DNA of 64,000 bases from Candidatus Latescibacterota bacterium (GTDB lineage: Bacteria; Latescibacterota; UBA2968; GCA-2709665), in NCBI GenBank assembly GCA_965203805.1, contig OZ241917.1, forward strand, positions 2,112,001-2,176,000, read 5' to 3'. The position numbers and the translations under genes were made by a program. Shown in pieces: positions 8,562 to 17,612 of this stretch (its first letter is position 1; the number at the start of each line of letters is the position of its first letter). The notes beneath the pieces are model-generated. The model was not told the origin of the DNA. It ran no database searches and saw only the letters and a list, made by a program, of their open reading frames with translations.

Positions 8562-9422
8562 CTATCTGTCCTTCTTCAGGAGGATATTCAACGGTCGTTT
8601 GGGCTTGTAGAGGTAGATGACGTCGGCCGGGTCGAGCATGGTATTGAATATGGCGATTTCGTCGATCTTGCCGGAATAGGCGGTCTTGTAATTGTTGAAT
8701 CGAATGGCCATTTCGTCCAGGTTCCAGGAAATGTTCCGCTGGATATCCTTCTTGCGACCGATTTCTTCGCCGTCGACGAATAGTGCGTATTCGGCATCGG
8801 TCTTACCGCTGTTGATATTGGACCAAGTGACGACGATATGGTGCCACTGATCGGATTTCCAGTTCAGCCTCTCATACCGGATTGTCCACTGTTTAACCAT
8901 CTCCTCCCCGACGTTCTGCGTCTTGTCGGGGTAACAGCCGAATCGGAGGGCGCTGGGAGGACGATCCGTCCGGCTCTTGTCGAAGTCGACGAAGATGACC
9001 GCGTCGTCCCACTTTTTGCCGATGGAGAAGGGCTCGGGGAACTTTTCCTTGAAGTCGCTGTTGGGATCCACGCTCAACCAGAAAGAAACCCCGCCGGACC
9101 ATGGGCCGCCGGCCCGATACGGAAAGTTGTCCTTGGCCTGATAGCTGAGGTAGGTTGCGCCGTTTGCAAATGAAACGAACCCGTCCTCTTTGCCACCGGT
9201 AAACTCATGCCTCGGAGGGCTGCTCGTTTCCATTGCCGCGACTGTGCCCTTCTTTTTTGTCATCGCTTCGAAACGGGACCTGTCGTCGAAGTTGGCAAAA
9301 AAGAGAACATTCGCCGCGAGCTTTTCCTCGATTTTCTTTTCGGGACCACCGCAGGAAATAAAGCAGACAGCGACAACCGGAATTGTGAACAGGCGCAGGA
9401 GGCGGGGAGGGCACCGCAACAT
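8562..9422 (-). CDS. LamG/concanavalin-like jelly-roll lipoprotein
   Basis: Lipobox CFISC, VSFW, WHHIVVTW, LFVDG and YSGKIDEIAIFN motifs. Confidence 0.85.
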   Translation of the reverse strand: MLRCPPRLLRLFTIPVVAVCFISCGGPEKKIEEKLAANVLFFANFDDRSRFEAMTKKKGTVAAMETSSPPRHEFTGGKEDGFVSFANGATYLSYQAKDNFPYRAGGPWSGGVSFWLSVDPNSDFKEKFPEPFSIGKKWDDAVIFVDFDKSRTDRPPSALRFGCYPDKTQNVGEEMVKQWTIRYERLNWKSDQWHHIVVTWSNINSGKTDAEYALFVDGEEIGRKKDIQRNISWNLDEMAIRFNNYKTAYSGKIDEIAIFNTMLDPADVIYLYKPKRPLNILLKKDR

Positions 9423-9491
9423 AGGGCACTTCTCCTTTCGGGGGACGTACGTTCGATCAACCGGTTTTGCTTGCGGTTACAGCATTTCACC

Positions 9492-9636
9492 AATATAAAG
9501 AATGTGTGTTGGGGCGCAAGCGTTTTTCTTGTTTTCGCGCTGCGGAGGCGGCCGGCGGGCGCCGCGAAGGTCAGAAGAGTCAGATGATTAGTACAAAGGA
9601 AAATGCCTTGACAATAGTATTCTTATTTATTATATC
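9492..9636. promoter_or_regulatory. Divergent promoter region
   Basis: Minus strand: TTGCGC-N16-TATATT (9519-9492). Plus strand: TTGACA (9608)-N17-TATATC in an AT-rich patch. Confidence 0.45.
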
Positions 9637-9876
9637 CAAATTTTGCCGATTGCCGGGAGCGGCACGGATTTTGAACGAGGCCATCGGTGACCGGCGGGCG
9701 GGATCGGCGACCGTCCGCGGTGCTTTTCGTGCGGGTCCGACGCCGGCATCGGGCCGATGCTTCGGAATGCCGTCAGTACCGCGCCGGGACTGGTGTCGGA
9801 TCCTTTGCCTCGGTGCGCTGACAGGGTGGATCCGACCGGAACGAAACTTGCGTTACACAAGATTCAGGAGTTCACA

Positions 9877-12800
9877 ATGCTGCGCAAACTCGGCGGCGCG
9901 ATTCTGTGGTTGATCGCGATTTTTATGCTTTCGTCGGTTACCGTGTTCAATCCGGGACAGGTAACCGACTTTTTTATTCGTGTTTTCAATATCAAGCCGA
10001 GCGTTCCACAGGTGCGCGAGGAGAAGCCCTCCGAACGAGACGAACGCATCCAGGACTTCGCCGATCGGATCTCGGAGGCAAGTCTCCGGGAAACCGTTTC
10101 GGCTCTGGCCGGAATGGGGTCCCGCGTACCGGGGTATCCGGGGCACAGGAAGGCCTTTGATTACGTAAAAAACCGCTTCGAGACGCTGGGCCTGGAAGAT
10201 ATCACGGTCGAGGAACACCACGTTACGGTGCCCATTGACAAGGGAGCGACTCTGGAGGTTCCCGAATCGGGACTCAGGATCCGGCTGTACGGACTCTGGC
10301 CCAATCACGTACAAACGCCGTCTCTGCCGGAAGGCGGCGTTTCCGGCGCGCTGATCGACGCCGGGGACGGTTCTTTCAAAGCGCTGAATTCAAAGCCGGT
10401 GGAGAACAGCGTCGCGCTGATGCAATTCGATTGCGGCCAGAACTATCTCAACCCCCGCATGCTGGGCGCGCAGGCCGTCATCTTCTACGACAACGGCGGC
10501 GTAAGCAGAGGACAGGCCCTGGAAAAGATCCTGCAGGTACCGGTCGACGTGCCCAGGTTCTGGGTGGAGAAAGCCGACGCTGCCCGTCTGGCGGCACTCG
10601 CGCAATCCAATTCCACGCTCGTGCGGGTGACGTCCAGAATGGCGTGGGAAAAGGTCCCCACGTGGAATATCTACGCCACCCTGCCCGGCTCGGACGCCTT
10701 CGTCACGGAACGTGAAGAACGGAAGTGGAAGGACGAGATGGTTGTCCTGAGTTCATTTTACGACGCCGTCTCCGTCGTGCCCGCATTGGCGCCGGGCGCG
10801 GAGAACGCCACCGGGCTGGCTGCCCTGCTGGAAGTCGCGGCGGCGCTGAAAGACGAATCGTGGCTCGACGATTCCTCGCGTCTTGGACAACTGCCTCGAT
10901 ACACGGTAAAATTCCTGGTTACCGGCGCTCACTTCCAGGGGTTGGCCGGGGTCAATGACTTTCTGTTCAGGCATTCCAGGGAAAGCGACCACTTCCGGGA
11001 GAAGATTCCGGACGATCAGAAAATTGACTTCCGGCTCTTCGTGGGCTTCGACCTGTCGAGCGAGACGGACCAGATCGCCAGCTTCTCTCACGGAACGTTC
11101 ATCAACCCGAACTGGTCAACCAACAACTACGAAAACAACCTGCTTGCGCCCTACGCGAAGAAGTTCAACAAATACCTGGCCAAGGTCTATCCTGGCGAAA
11201 CGCGTCACGTCGACGCCGTCGCGCCGCCGAAACGAACCTGGAAGAACTACATGCCCGTCCGGCTGGGATTTGACAGCGAGGCGGTCAAATTCGTCGGCAA
11301 GGAAGGCATTACCCTTGCCAGCCCGTCCACAACGCGCGAAAAGGTGGACACGCCCGTCGACCGGGTGGAATTCGTCAACTTCACCAACCTGACCCTGCAA
11401 ACCCGCACGGCGACCGGCATGCTGCTGAAAGCCCTGGAGGATCCTGAATTCTTCCGGGTATCCAAACTCAAACTTCAGGATCTCGGACACAGTATGAAGG
11501 GGCGCATCCTCTGGTTCGAACGGGATGCCGATTTTGCGATTCCACGCGTGCCCGTACCGGGGGCTATCGTCACGTATCAGCAACCCGGGCCGGTTGCCAG
11601 CTGCGGCGGTGTACGCACCCTGATTGTGGATAAGACCACGGAGGGTCCGAGATACGTGAGCGATCGCGCCCAGGGACCCATGGTCGGCACGAAAGAGGAA
11701 GTGGAAGCCACCGGCCGATTCCAGTTCAACATCATGCGCAACCGGTTTACGAACCAGATATTGGCGTATGAAATCGACGATGACGGCAGAATCATATCGG
11801 CGCCGGACCTCGGCACGGAAGGAGAGGAGAAGTTCCCCACGCGGCAGGGTTACGGCTGGTGGGAGAACGAGATGCTGGCGGTCCTTTTCAAGTGCCGTTC
11901 TCTGAGCGTGTTCGAAATCATCGATTCCAGTTATCTTTCGGCGCTCGATTTCATGACGGTGCTGAACCCTGGCGACTCCCAGCCGATGGAATACGGGTAC
12001 TATTATATTGAAAATCAGAGCATCAAGGAAGGCGACGTCACGCGGGCGGCGGTCGCGTTTACCGCGATGAACCCTACAACCGGCAGTCCCGATCCCATCA
12101 AGATTCTGATGAGCACGGGGCTTTTCGGTGTGAAATACCTGCTGACAAACGCCCCTGAATCGCTGCTGGAAGCGCCGGTGGACAAGTGGGACGTTGACGA
12201 CGAACTGCTGGAGTTGTCCCGCGGCGCCGGATATCCTCCCGGCGTAATCCTCCATCCTTCGTACAAGGCTGCCAAGGATATGTGGGTCGTCGACGATATC
12301 CGGATGAAACAGCTTGCGCAGTACGGCATTACAAACGCCCGTCTGGAAAAGCTGCACACCCATGCGGCCGACGCGCTGAAGCGGGCGCGTGAGCATCTTG
12401 CCAACCAAGACTACGAAGGGTTTATCGCCGCGTCCAGAGAGGCGTGGGGTCTGGAAGCACGCGGATATCCTGAGGTCATGTCCACGGCAAACGACACCGT
12501 CCGCGGCATTATCTTCTATTTCATCCTCCTGCTGCCATTTTCCTTTTTCTGCGAGCGGCTGCTGTTCGGATTTCCGGATATCACCCGGCGTCTGGTCGGT
12601 TTCGCGGGAATCTTCGTGCTGTTTTTCATCATCCTTCGATACGTCCATCCGGCATTCAAGCTGAGCAGCACGCCCTACATCATTTTTCTCGCATTTGTGA
12701 TCATGGCGTTGGGCGGCATTGCGATGTTCATTGTCGTTTCCAAGTTCGGCGAAGAGGTCCGGAAGATGAAACAGGCCTCGGCGGGAACCTACGAGGCCGA

Positions 12801-14673
12801 CGTGGGCCGGTTGAGCGCGACCGCCGCTTCCATCATTCTGGGCATCTCCAATCTGCGAAAACGTCCTCTCCGTACCGGACTGACCGCCATCACCCTCACG
12901 CTGCTTACGTTTACGGCATTATCGTTCACGTCGGTACAGACGTCCATAAAATTCTACCGGTTGCCGAGGGACAACCAGCCGCCGTACCAGGGAGGCCTGG
13001 TGCGGGACCGTTCCTGGCGGGGCTTGCAGGAATCGGTGCTCCAGTACCTGACCAGCGCGTTCAAAGGCCGGGCGACCATTGTTCCCCGCGCGTGGTACCT
13101 TTCTCAGGTACGGGGCGAACGGGCGTACGTCAATTTCTCCCGCATCACCGAGCAGACCTCGTACCTCGGCTCCAGGGACACCTATGTCGACTTCGACGTG
13201 GGCATCACCACCGGAAAAGACAGCTTTGTGAACGGATTACTGGGGCTCACCGCGGAAGAACCGGAAATTACCGGGGTCGACCGGTACCTGATGAGCGGGC
13301 GATGGTTCGATCCCGGAGAAACAGATGTGTGCATTCTGCCGAACGACTTGGCGGAGCTTGTGGGCATTTTTCCGGAAGACGCCGGTACCGCGCAGATCGA
13401 GATGCTGGGCGGGGTCTTCACCGTCATTGGAATTGTGGACTCCGAAGGATTCAACAAATACAAGGATATGGACGACGAGAAGCTGACGCCGGTGGATACC
13501 GTAAAGGAAAAGGACGACCTGGCGGACGCCCAGGACCAGGACCCGCGGGTTGTCGCGGCGGCTCCAATCGAGACGTTTACGCATCTGGAATCGACCAACG
13601 TGATGATATTGCCGTATGATTACGTGCGGAATATCGGAGGCACTCTCAACTCCGTCGCTCTGGCGAACTTCGTGGACTCCCAGGGCAACGCCAGGGCGAA
13701 CTTCCTGCCCGACGTCGAAGAATTCATGACCCGCGTATCCCTGACCATGTTCGTGGGCCATGAGAACAAGGTCACCGTATACAGTTCCATCGGCTCCACG
13801 TCTCTTTCCGGACTGGGCACGCTTTTCATTCCGATTCTGATCGCGGCGCTGATCGTGCTGAATACCATGATGGGCGCCGTGTACGAACGCTTCAACGAAA
13901 TTGGCATTTATTCGGCGGTTGGCCTGGCGCCCAACCACATCGCGGCGCTGTTCCTGGCCGAGGCGACGGTATTCGCCACGGTGGGCGCCGTCTTCGGATA
14001 CCTGATCGGACAGGTGCTGGTCCTTGTGTTGTTTACCCAGGCGCAGGCCCAGGGACAGCTGCTCAGCCTGGAGTTGAATTATTCTTCGTTGTCGGCCATT
14101 TCCTCGACACTGATCGTAATGGCGACGGTTTTCCTCTCAACGCTGTACCCGGCGAAGAAGGCCGCCGATATGGCCGTGCCGGATGTGACGCGGAAGTGGG
14201 AGTTTCCGGAGCCCGAAGGCGACAGATGGGTGTTCGACTTTCCATTTACGGTTGGCGGCTCGGAAGTACTGGGTATGTACACGTATCTGACGCGTGTTTT
14301 CGAGTCGTACGGCGAGGGTTCCGTCGGCGACTTCGTGGCCGATTACGTCCGGTTTACGTCCCGTGACATGCAGGGCGAACCGCAATACGAAATCAACCTC
14401 ACGTGCTGGCTTGCGCCTTACGATCTGGGCATCAGCCAGGAGGTGGTGCTGCTGGCCATACCAACGAGGGAATACAACATCTACAAGATCGAGGTGGTTA
14501 TCAACCGGCTCAGCGGTGACGTGGCGTCCTGGAAGCGCATCAACCGGGGGTTCCTGAACGTGCTCCGCAAAAGGTTCCTGGTCTGGCGTACCATTCCACC
14601 CGAGCTGAAACACCAGTACGCCGACGAAGGCAAACGCATGCTTTCAGACCCCGTGGAAGAGGCCGCAGTATAG
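9877..14673 (+). CDS. Giant membrane protein: M28-peptidase-like ectodomain fused to FtsX/MacB-type ABC permease
   Basis: RBS caggag before ATG 9877. M28-fold motifs SRVPGYPG and YDAVS..APGAENATGLAALLE. Permease motifs ISNLRKRPLRTGLT, VYERFNEIGIYSAVG and LYPAKKAA. Confidence 0.85.
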   Translation: MLRKLGGAILWLIAIFMLSSVTVFNPGQVTDFFIRVFNIKPSVPQVREEKPSERDERIQDFADRISEASLRETVSALAGMGSRVPGYPGHRKAFDYVKNRFETLGLEDITVEEHHVTVPIDKGATLEVPESGLRIRLYGLWPNHVQTPSLPEGGVSGALIDAGDGSFKALNSKPVENSVALMQFDCGQNYLNPRMLGAQAVIFYDNGGVSRGQALEKILQVPVDVPRFWVEKADAARLAALAQSNSTLVRVTSRMAWEKVPTWNIYATLPGSDAFVTEREERKWKDEMVVLSSFYDAVSVVPALAPGAENATGLAALLEVAAALKDESWLDDSSRLGQLPRYTVKFLVTGAHFQGLAGVNDFLFRHSRESDHFREKIPDDQKIDFRLFVGFDLSSETDQIASFSHGTFINPNWSTNNYENNLLAPYAKKFNKYLAKVYPGETRHVDAVAPPKRTWKNYMPVRLGFDSEAVKFVGKEGITLASPSTTREKVDTPVDRVEFVNFTNLTLQTRTATGMLLKALEDPEFFRVSKLKLQDLGHSMKGRILWFERDADFAIPRVPVPGAIVTYQQPGPVASCGGVRTLIVDKTTEGPRYVSDRAQGPMVGTKEEVEATGRFQFNIMRNRFTNQILAYEIDDDGRIISAPDLGTEGEEKFPTRQGYGWWENEMLAVLFKCRSLSVFEIIDSSYLSALDFMTVLNPGDSQPMEYGYYYIENQSIKEGDVTRAAVAFTAMNPTTGSPDPIKILMSTGLFGVKYLLTNAPESLLEAPVDKWDVDDELLELSRGAGYPPGVILHPSYKAAKDMWVVDDIRMKQLAQYGITNARLEKLHTHAADALKRAREHLANQDYEGFIAASREAWGLEARGYPEVMSTANDTVRGIIFYFILLLPFSFFCERLLFGFPDITRRLVGFAGIFVLFFIILRYVHPAFKLSSTPYIIFLAFVIMALGGIAMFIVVSKFGEEVRKMKQASAGTYEADVGRLSATAASIILGISNLRKRPLRTGLTAITLTLLTFTALSFTSVQTSIKFYRLPRDNQPPYQGGLVRDRSWRGLQESVLQYLTSAFKGRATIVPRAWYLSQVRGERAYVNFSRITEQTSYLGSRDTYVDFDVGITTGKDSFVNGLLGLTAEEPEITGVDRYLMSGRWFDPGETDVCILPNDLAELVGIFPEDAGTAQIEMLGGVFTVIGIVDSEGFNKYKDMDDEKLTPVDTVKEKDDLADAQDQDPRVVAAAPIETFTHLESTNVMILPYDYVRNIGGTLNSVALANFVDSQGNARANFLPDVEEFMTRVSLTMFVGHENKVTVYSSIGSTSLSGLGTLFIPILIAALIVLNTMMGAVYERFNEIGIYSAVGLAPNHIAALFLAEATVFATVGAVFGYLIGQVLVLVLFTQAQAQGQLLSLELNYSSLSAISSTLIVMATVFLSTLYPAKKAADMAVPDVTRKWEFPEPEGDRWVFDFPFTVGGSEVLGMYTYLTRVFESYGEGSVGDFVADYVRFTSRDMQGEPQYEINLTCWLAPYDLGISQEVVLLAIPTREYNIYKIEVVINRLSGDVASWKRINRGFLNVLRKRFLVWRTIPPELKHQYADEGKRMLSDPVEEAAV

Positions 14674-14771
14674 CAACCCGTTGACAGGTAACGTGTATAT
14701 CAGTCACCCGGCAGGTTGACACGGGCAATCTGTTTCCGGGAAAGAACCCTCGCTGCTCCCAATGAGGAGGG

Positions 14772-16826
14772 GTGGTTTTGGCAATCGATCCCAAGGATCC
14801 CAGAGAAGAGCAGGAACAGTACGAACATATCATGCCGGCGGACGCGCCGTTTGAAGATGGCTTCAATATGAAGACCCTGTGGGCGACGCTGTTCGTGGGG
14901 CTGGTGATGCTGCCCGGCGCGATCTACCTCGGGTTGGTTACCGGACAGAATATGGCCGGCGCATCCGAATGGGTGACCATCATCCTCTTCCTGGAGATCG
15001 CAAAGCGGTCCTTTGTGCGGCTGAAAACACAGGAGGTTCTGGTCATCTACTGGGTCGCCGGCGGGCTGCTTGGCGTGGGTGTGCGGCTGGGCAGTGCGGC
15101 GCTGGTGTACGGCGGTCCCTTCGGCGGATTGATCTGGGACCAATACCTGATCCAATCTCCGGCGGCGAGAGGGCTCGCGGATTATATCCCGGACTGGGTG
15201 GTTCCCCGGATCAGCGAACATCCGGAAATCTACGCGGAACGGACGTTCCTTCACGCCGCGTGGCTGAAGCCCATTGGCATCCTTGTCGCGTTGACGCTCT
15301 TAAGCAATACCGCAAGACTGTCGCTTGGGTACGTGATGTTTCGTATTACGAGCGACATCGAACGGTTGCCGTTTCCGCTGGCGCCGGTACAAGCCCGCGG
15401 GGCCACGGCGCTTGCCGAGACATCGGCCAAGCAGGAGGGCTGGAGATGGCGGGTATTCAGTACCGGCGCGTGCATCGGACTGGTCTGGGGCCTGCTCTAC
15501 GTTGTCGTCCCAACGCTTTCCAGCATCTTCCTGACCGATACGGTCCAGATTCTGCCCATTCCCTGGATCGATTTTACGGAACAGATCAAAACCATCCTGC
15601 CTGCCGCGCTGTTTGGAATTGCAACCGACCTGGGACACCTGATTGTCGGATTCGTGCTGCCGTTCTGGGTGGTTATCGGGTCGTTTGCCGGCGCCGTCCT
15701 GGGCAACCTGGTTGTCAATCCGTTTCTCTACAAATACGAAATCCTGGACCGCTGGTCTGCCGGGATGACGGCAATCCCGACGTCGATCTCCAACCAGTTC
15801 GACTTCTGGCTGAGTTTCGGAATCGGCACGTCGTTCGTCATCGCGTTCACGGGATTTTACCAGGTGTTTCGGGTGCTTGCGGAACAACGCCGTCAGAAAC
15901 GGGAAACCGGACATCATACAACCGGCATCGACCTCGAAGACCTGCCGGAGGGCCGCTCGGATATGAAGATGATCTACCCGATTCTGGCCTGGGGCGCCGC
16001 CACGCTGGGCTTCATTGTGATGTGCCAGATGCTGGTTCCGGAATTCCACTGGGGCTGGGTTGTGTTCTTCGGACTCATCTACACGCCGATATCTTCTTAT
16101 ATCGGCGCACGAATGATCGGCCTGACCGGAAGTCCGTACGGGGCGAGTATTCCCTACTTGCGGGAGGCGGGGATTCTTCTGTCCGGGTACAAGGGCGTCG
16201 CGGTCTGGTTCGCGCCCCTTCCCCTGCACGACCACGGCCTTGCGGTCCCGACATACAAACAGATGGAGTTGACCAAAACGAAATTCGTCAGTTACGTGAA
16301 ATTGACCGCGGTAACCATGGTCGTGATCTTTATTTTCAGCTTCATCTTCTGGGAATTCATCTGGCGACTGGGGCCCATTCCCTCGTCAAGCTATTACTAT
16401 GTGCAGACCTTCTGGCCATACGACGCCACCATGACCACGATGTGGCTGAAGTCGACCATGCCGGACCTCGAAGGTCAGGGAACCGTTGGCGTCGAGCTCC
16501 TTAAAGACATCATCAAGCCGGAAATCATCGGCGCGGGATTCGCCGTCGGCGGCCTCATGTATCTGATCCTGGCCGCGTTGAAAGCGCCGACGCTGTTCTT
16601 TTTCGGATTTGTGGGCTCGCTTGCCACCTGGCCGCATTTCGTCATCTTGCAGTTCGCCGGCGCGCTCCTCGGGCGTTACTACTTCTCCAGACGGTTCGGC
16701 GAATCCAAATGGAGGGCCTACGCGCCGATTCTGCTGGCCGGTTATTACTGCGGCATGGGGCTCATCGGGATGACGTCGGTTTCGGTCGTGCTGATTTCAA
16801 AGGCCGTTTCCCAGGTCGTCTTCTAG
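14772..16826 (+). CDS. OPT-superfamily-like multi-pass peptide transporter
   Basis: RBS gaggagg, 684 aa almost entirely TM helices, and EDGFN..T and DIERLPFP motifs reminiscent of OPT/YSL proteins. Confidence 0.7.
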   Translation: MVLAIDPKDPREEQEQYEHIMPADAPFEDGFNMKTLWATLFVGLVMLPGAIYLGLVTGQNMAGASEWVTIILFLEIAKRSFVRLKTQEVLVIYWVAGGLLGVGVRLGSAALVYGGPFGGLIWDQYLIQSPAARGLADYIPDWVVPRISEHPEIYAERTFLHAAWLKPIGILVALTLLSNTARLSLGYVMFRITSDIERLPFPLAPVQARGATALAETSAKQEGWRWRVFSTGACIGLVWGLLYVVVPTLSSIFLTDTVQILPIPWIDFTEQIKTILPAALFGIATDLGHLIVGFVLPFWVVIGSFAGAVLGNLVVNPFLYKYEILDRWSAGMTAIPTSISNQFDFWLSFGIGTSFVIAFTGFYQVFRVLAEQRRQKRETGHHTTGIDLEDLPEGRSDMKMIYPILAWGAATLGFIVMCQMLVPEFHWGWVVFFGLIYTPISSYIGARMIGLTGSPYGASIPYLREAGILLSGYKGVAVWFAPLPLHDHGLAVPTYKQMELTKTKFVSYVKLTAVTMVVIFIFSFIFWEFIWRLGPIPSSSYYYVQTFWPYDATMTTMWLKSTMPDLEGQGTVGVELLKDIIKPEIIGAGFAVGGLMYLILAALKAPTLFFFGFVGSLATWPHFVILQFAGALLGRYYFSRRFGESKWRAYAPILLAGYYCGMGLIGMTSVSVVLISKAVSQVVF

Positions 16827-16944
16827 CTGAATTCGACAATGGAACGCCGCCCGGATTCGGACTGTCTAAGGAAATTAAGAAGAGGGCGAATCCGGGCGGA
16901 ATCACGTCCGGCCGACACGGAACTCCAATCACGGGGAGGCTTCG

Positions 16945-17415
16945 ATGAGAATCGGTAATGGGATCGCGGGAATGACGCTCATTGCCTGTTTGGTATTGGC
17001 GTTTGCCGTGGAGGCGACGGCGCAGCCCGACAGACGAGGCGGTCGTGGACGCGGAGGGCGCGGCGGCGCAAGGCTACGAATGATGCTGCCCCTCGAACAG
17101 ACGCTGGGTTTCCTGGCCTTCGACAAAGGGCTCGCATTAAAGGACAATCAGCTGATCAAGATCCGCAGTGAACTCAAGGATATCCACGAAAAGCGCGCCG
17201 AACTGGAAAAGGAAATGCGGAGCGGCGCCGACAGGCAGCAACTGATGCAGAAGCTCGGTGGGATTCGGGGCGCCATGTTTGAAAAGATAAAGGCCGTTCT
17301 GGACGATCGGCAGGACAAGATTCTTGACCGCTACCTGGAGAGACTGCGGCGGGGGCTTCAACGTGGACGCGGGGGCGGACGGCGGGGAGGCGGCCCTCCC
17401 GGCGGCGGCGTTTGA
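16945..17415 (+). CDS. Secreted helical protein with RGG-rich termini (Spy/CpxP-like core)
   Basis: RBS gggagg, signal peptide ending ATA, RRGGRGRGGRGG and RGRGGGRRGGG tails, and an LDDRQ motif. Confidence 0.7.
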   Translation: MRIGNGIAGMTLIACLVLAFAVEATAQPDRRGGRGRGGRGGARLRMMLPLEQTLGFLAFDKGLALKDNQLIKIRSELKDIHEKRAELEKEMRSGADRQQLMQKLGGIRGAMFEKIKAVLDDRQDKILDRYLERLRRGLQRGRGGGRRGGGPPGGGV

Positions 17416-17444
17416 CGCGATCATTCCCCGCCAGGATCGATCAC

Positions 17445-17475
17445 ATGGCGGCCCCCGGCGGGGTCGCCATTTTTT
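17445..17475 (+). terminator. Intrinsic terminator
   Basis: ATGGCGGCCCC/GGGGTCGCCAT stem followed by a T-run. Confidence 0.75.
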
Positions 17476-17612
17476 GACAGATTGCAGGATCCATTCATGC
17501 GCGGCCGTTCTGATTCAAGAGACGGTCGGAATACGCCGTTGCCGCCAATTGTGCCCCGGACGATTACTCACGAACCATCTCAAGTAGTTGCGGCCTCGAG
17601 GAGAGCATTCAG

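Noticed and set aside
11116-16504. Long alternative ORFs 11116-12648 (-) and 14879-16504 (+)
   Set aside because: They lie wholly within the permease and OPT-like genes and have shadow-frame composition.
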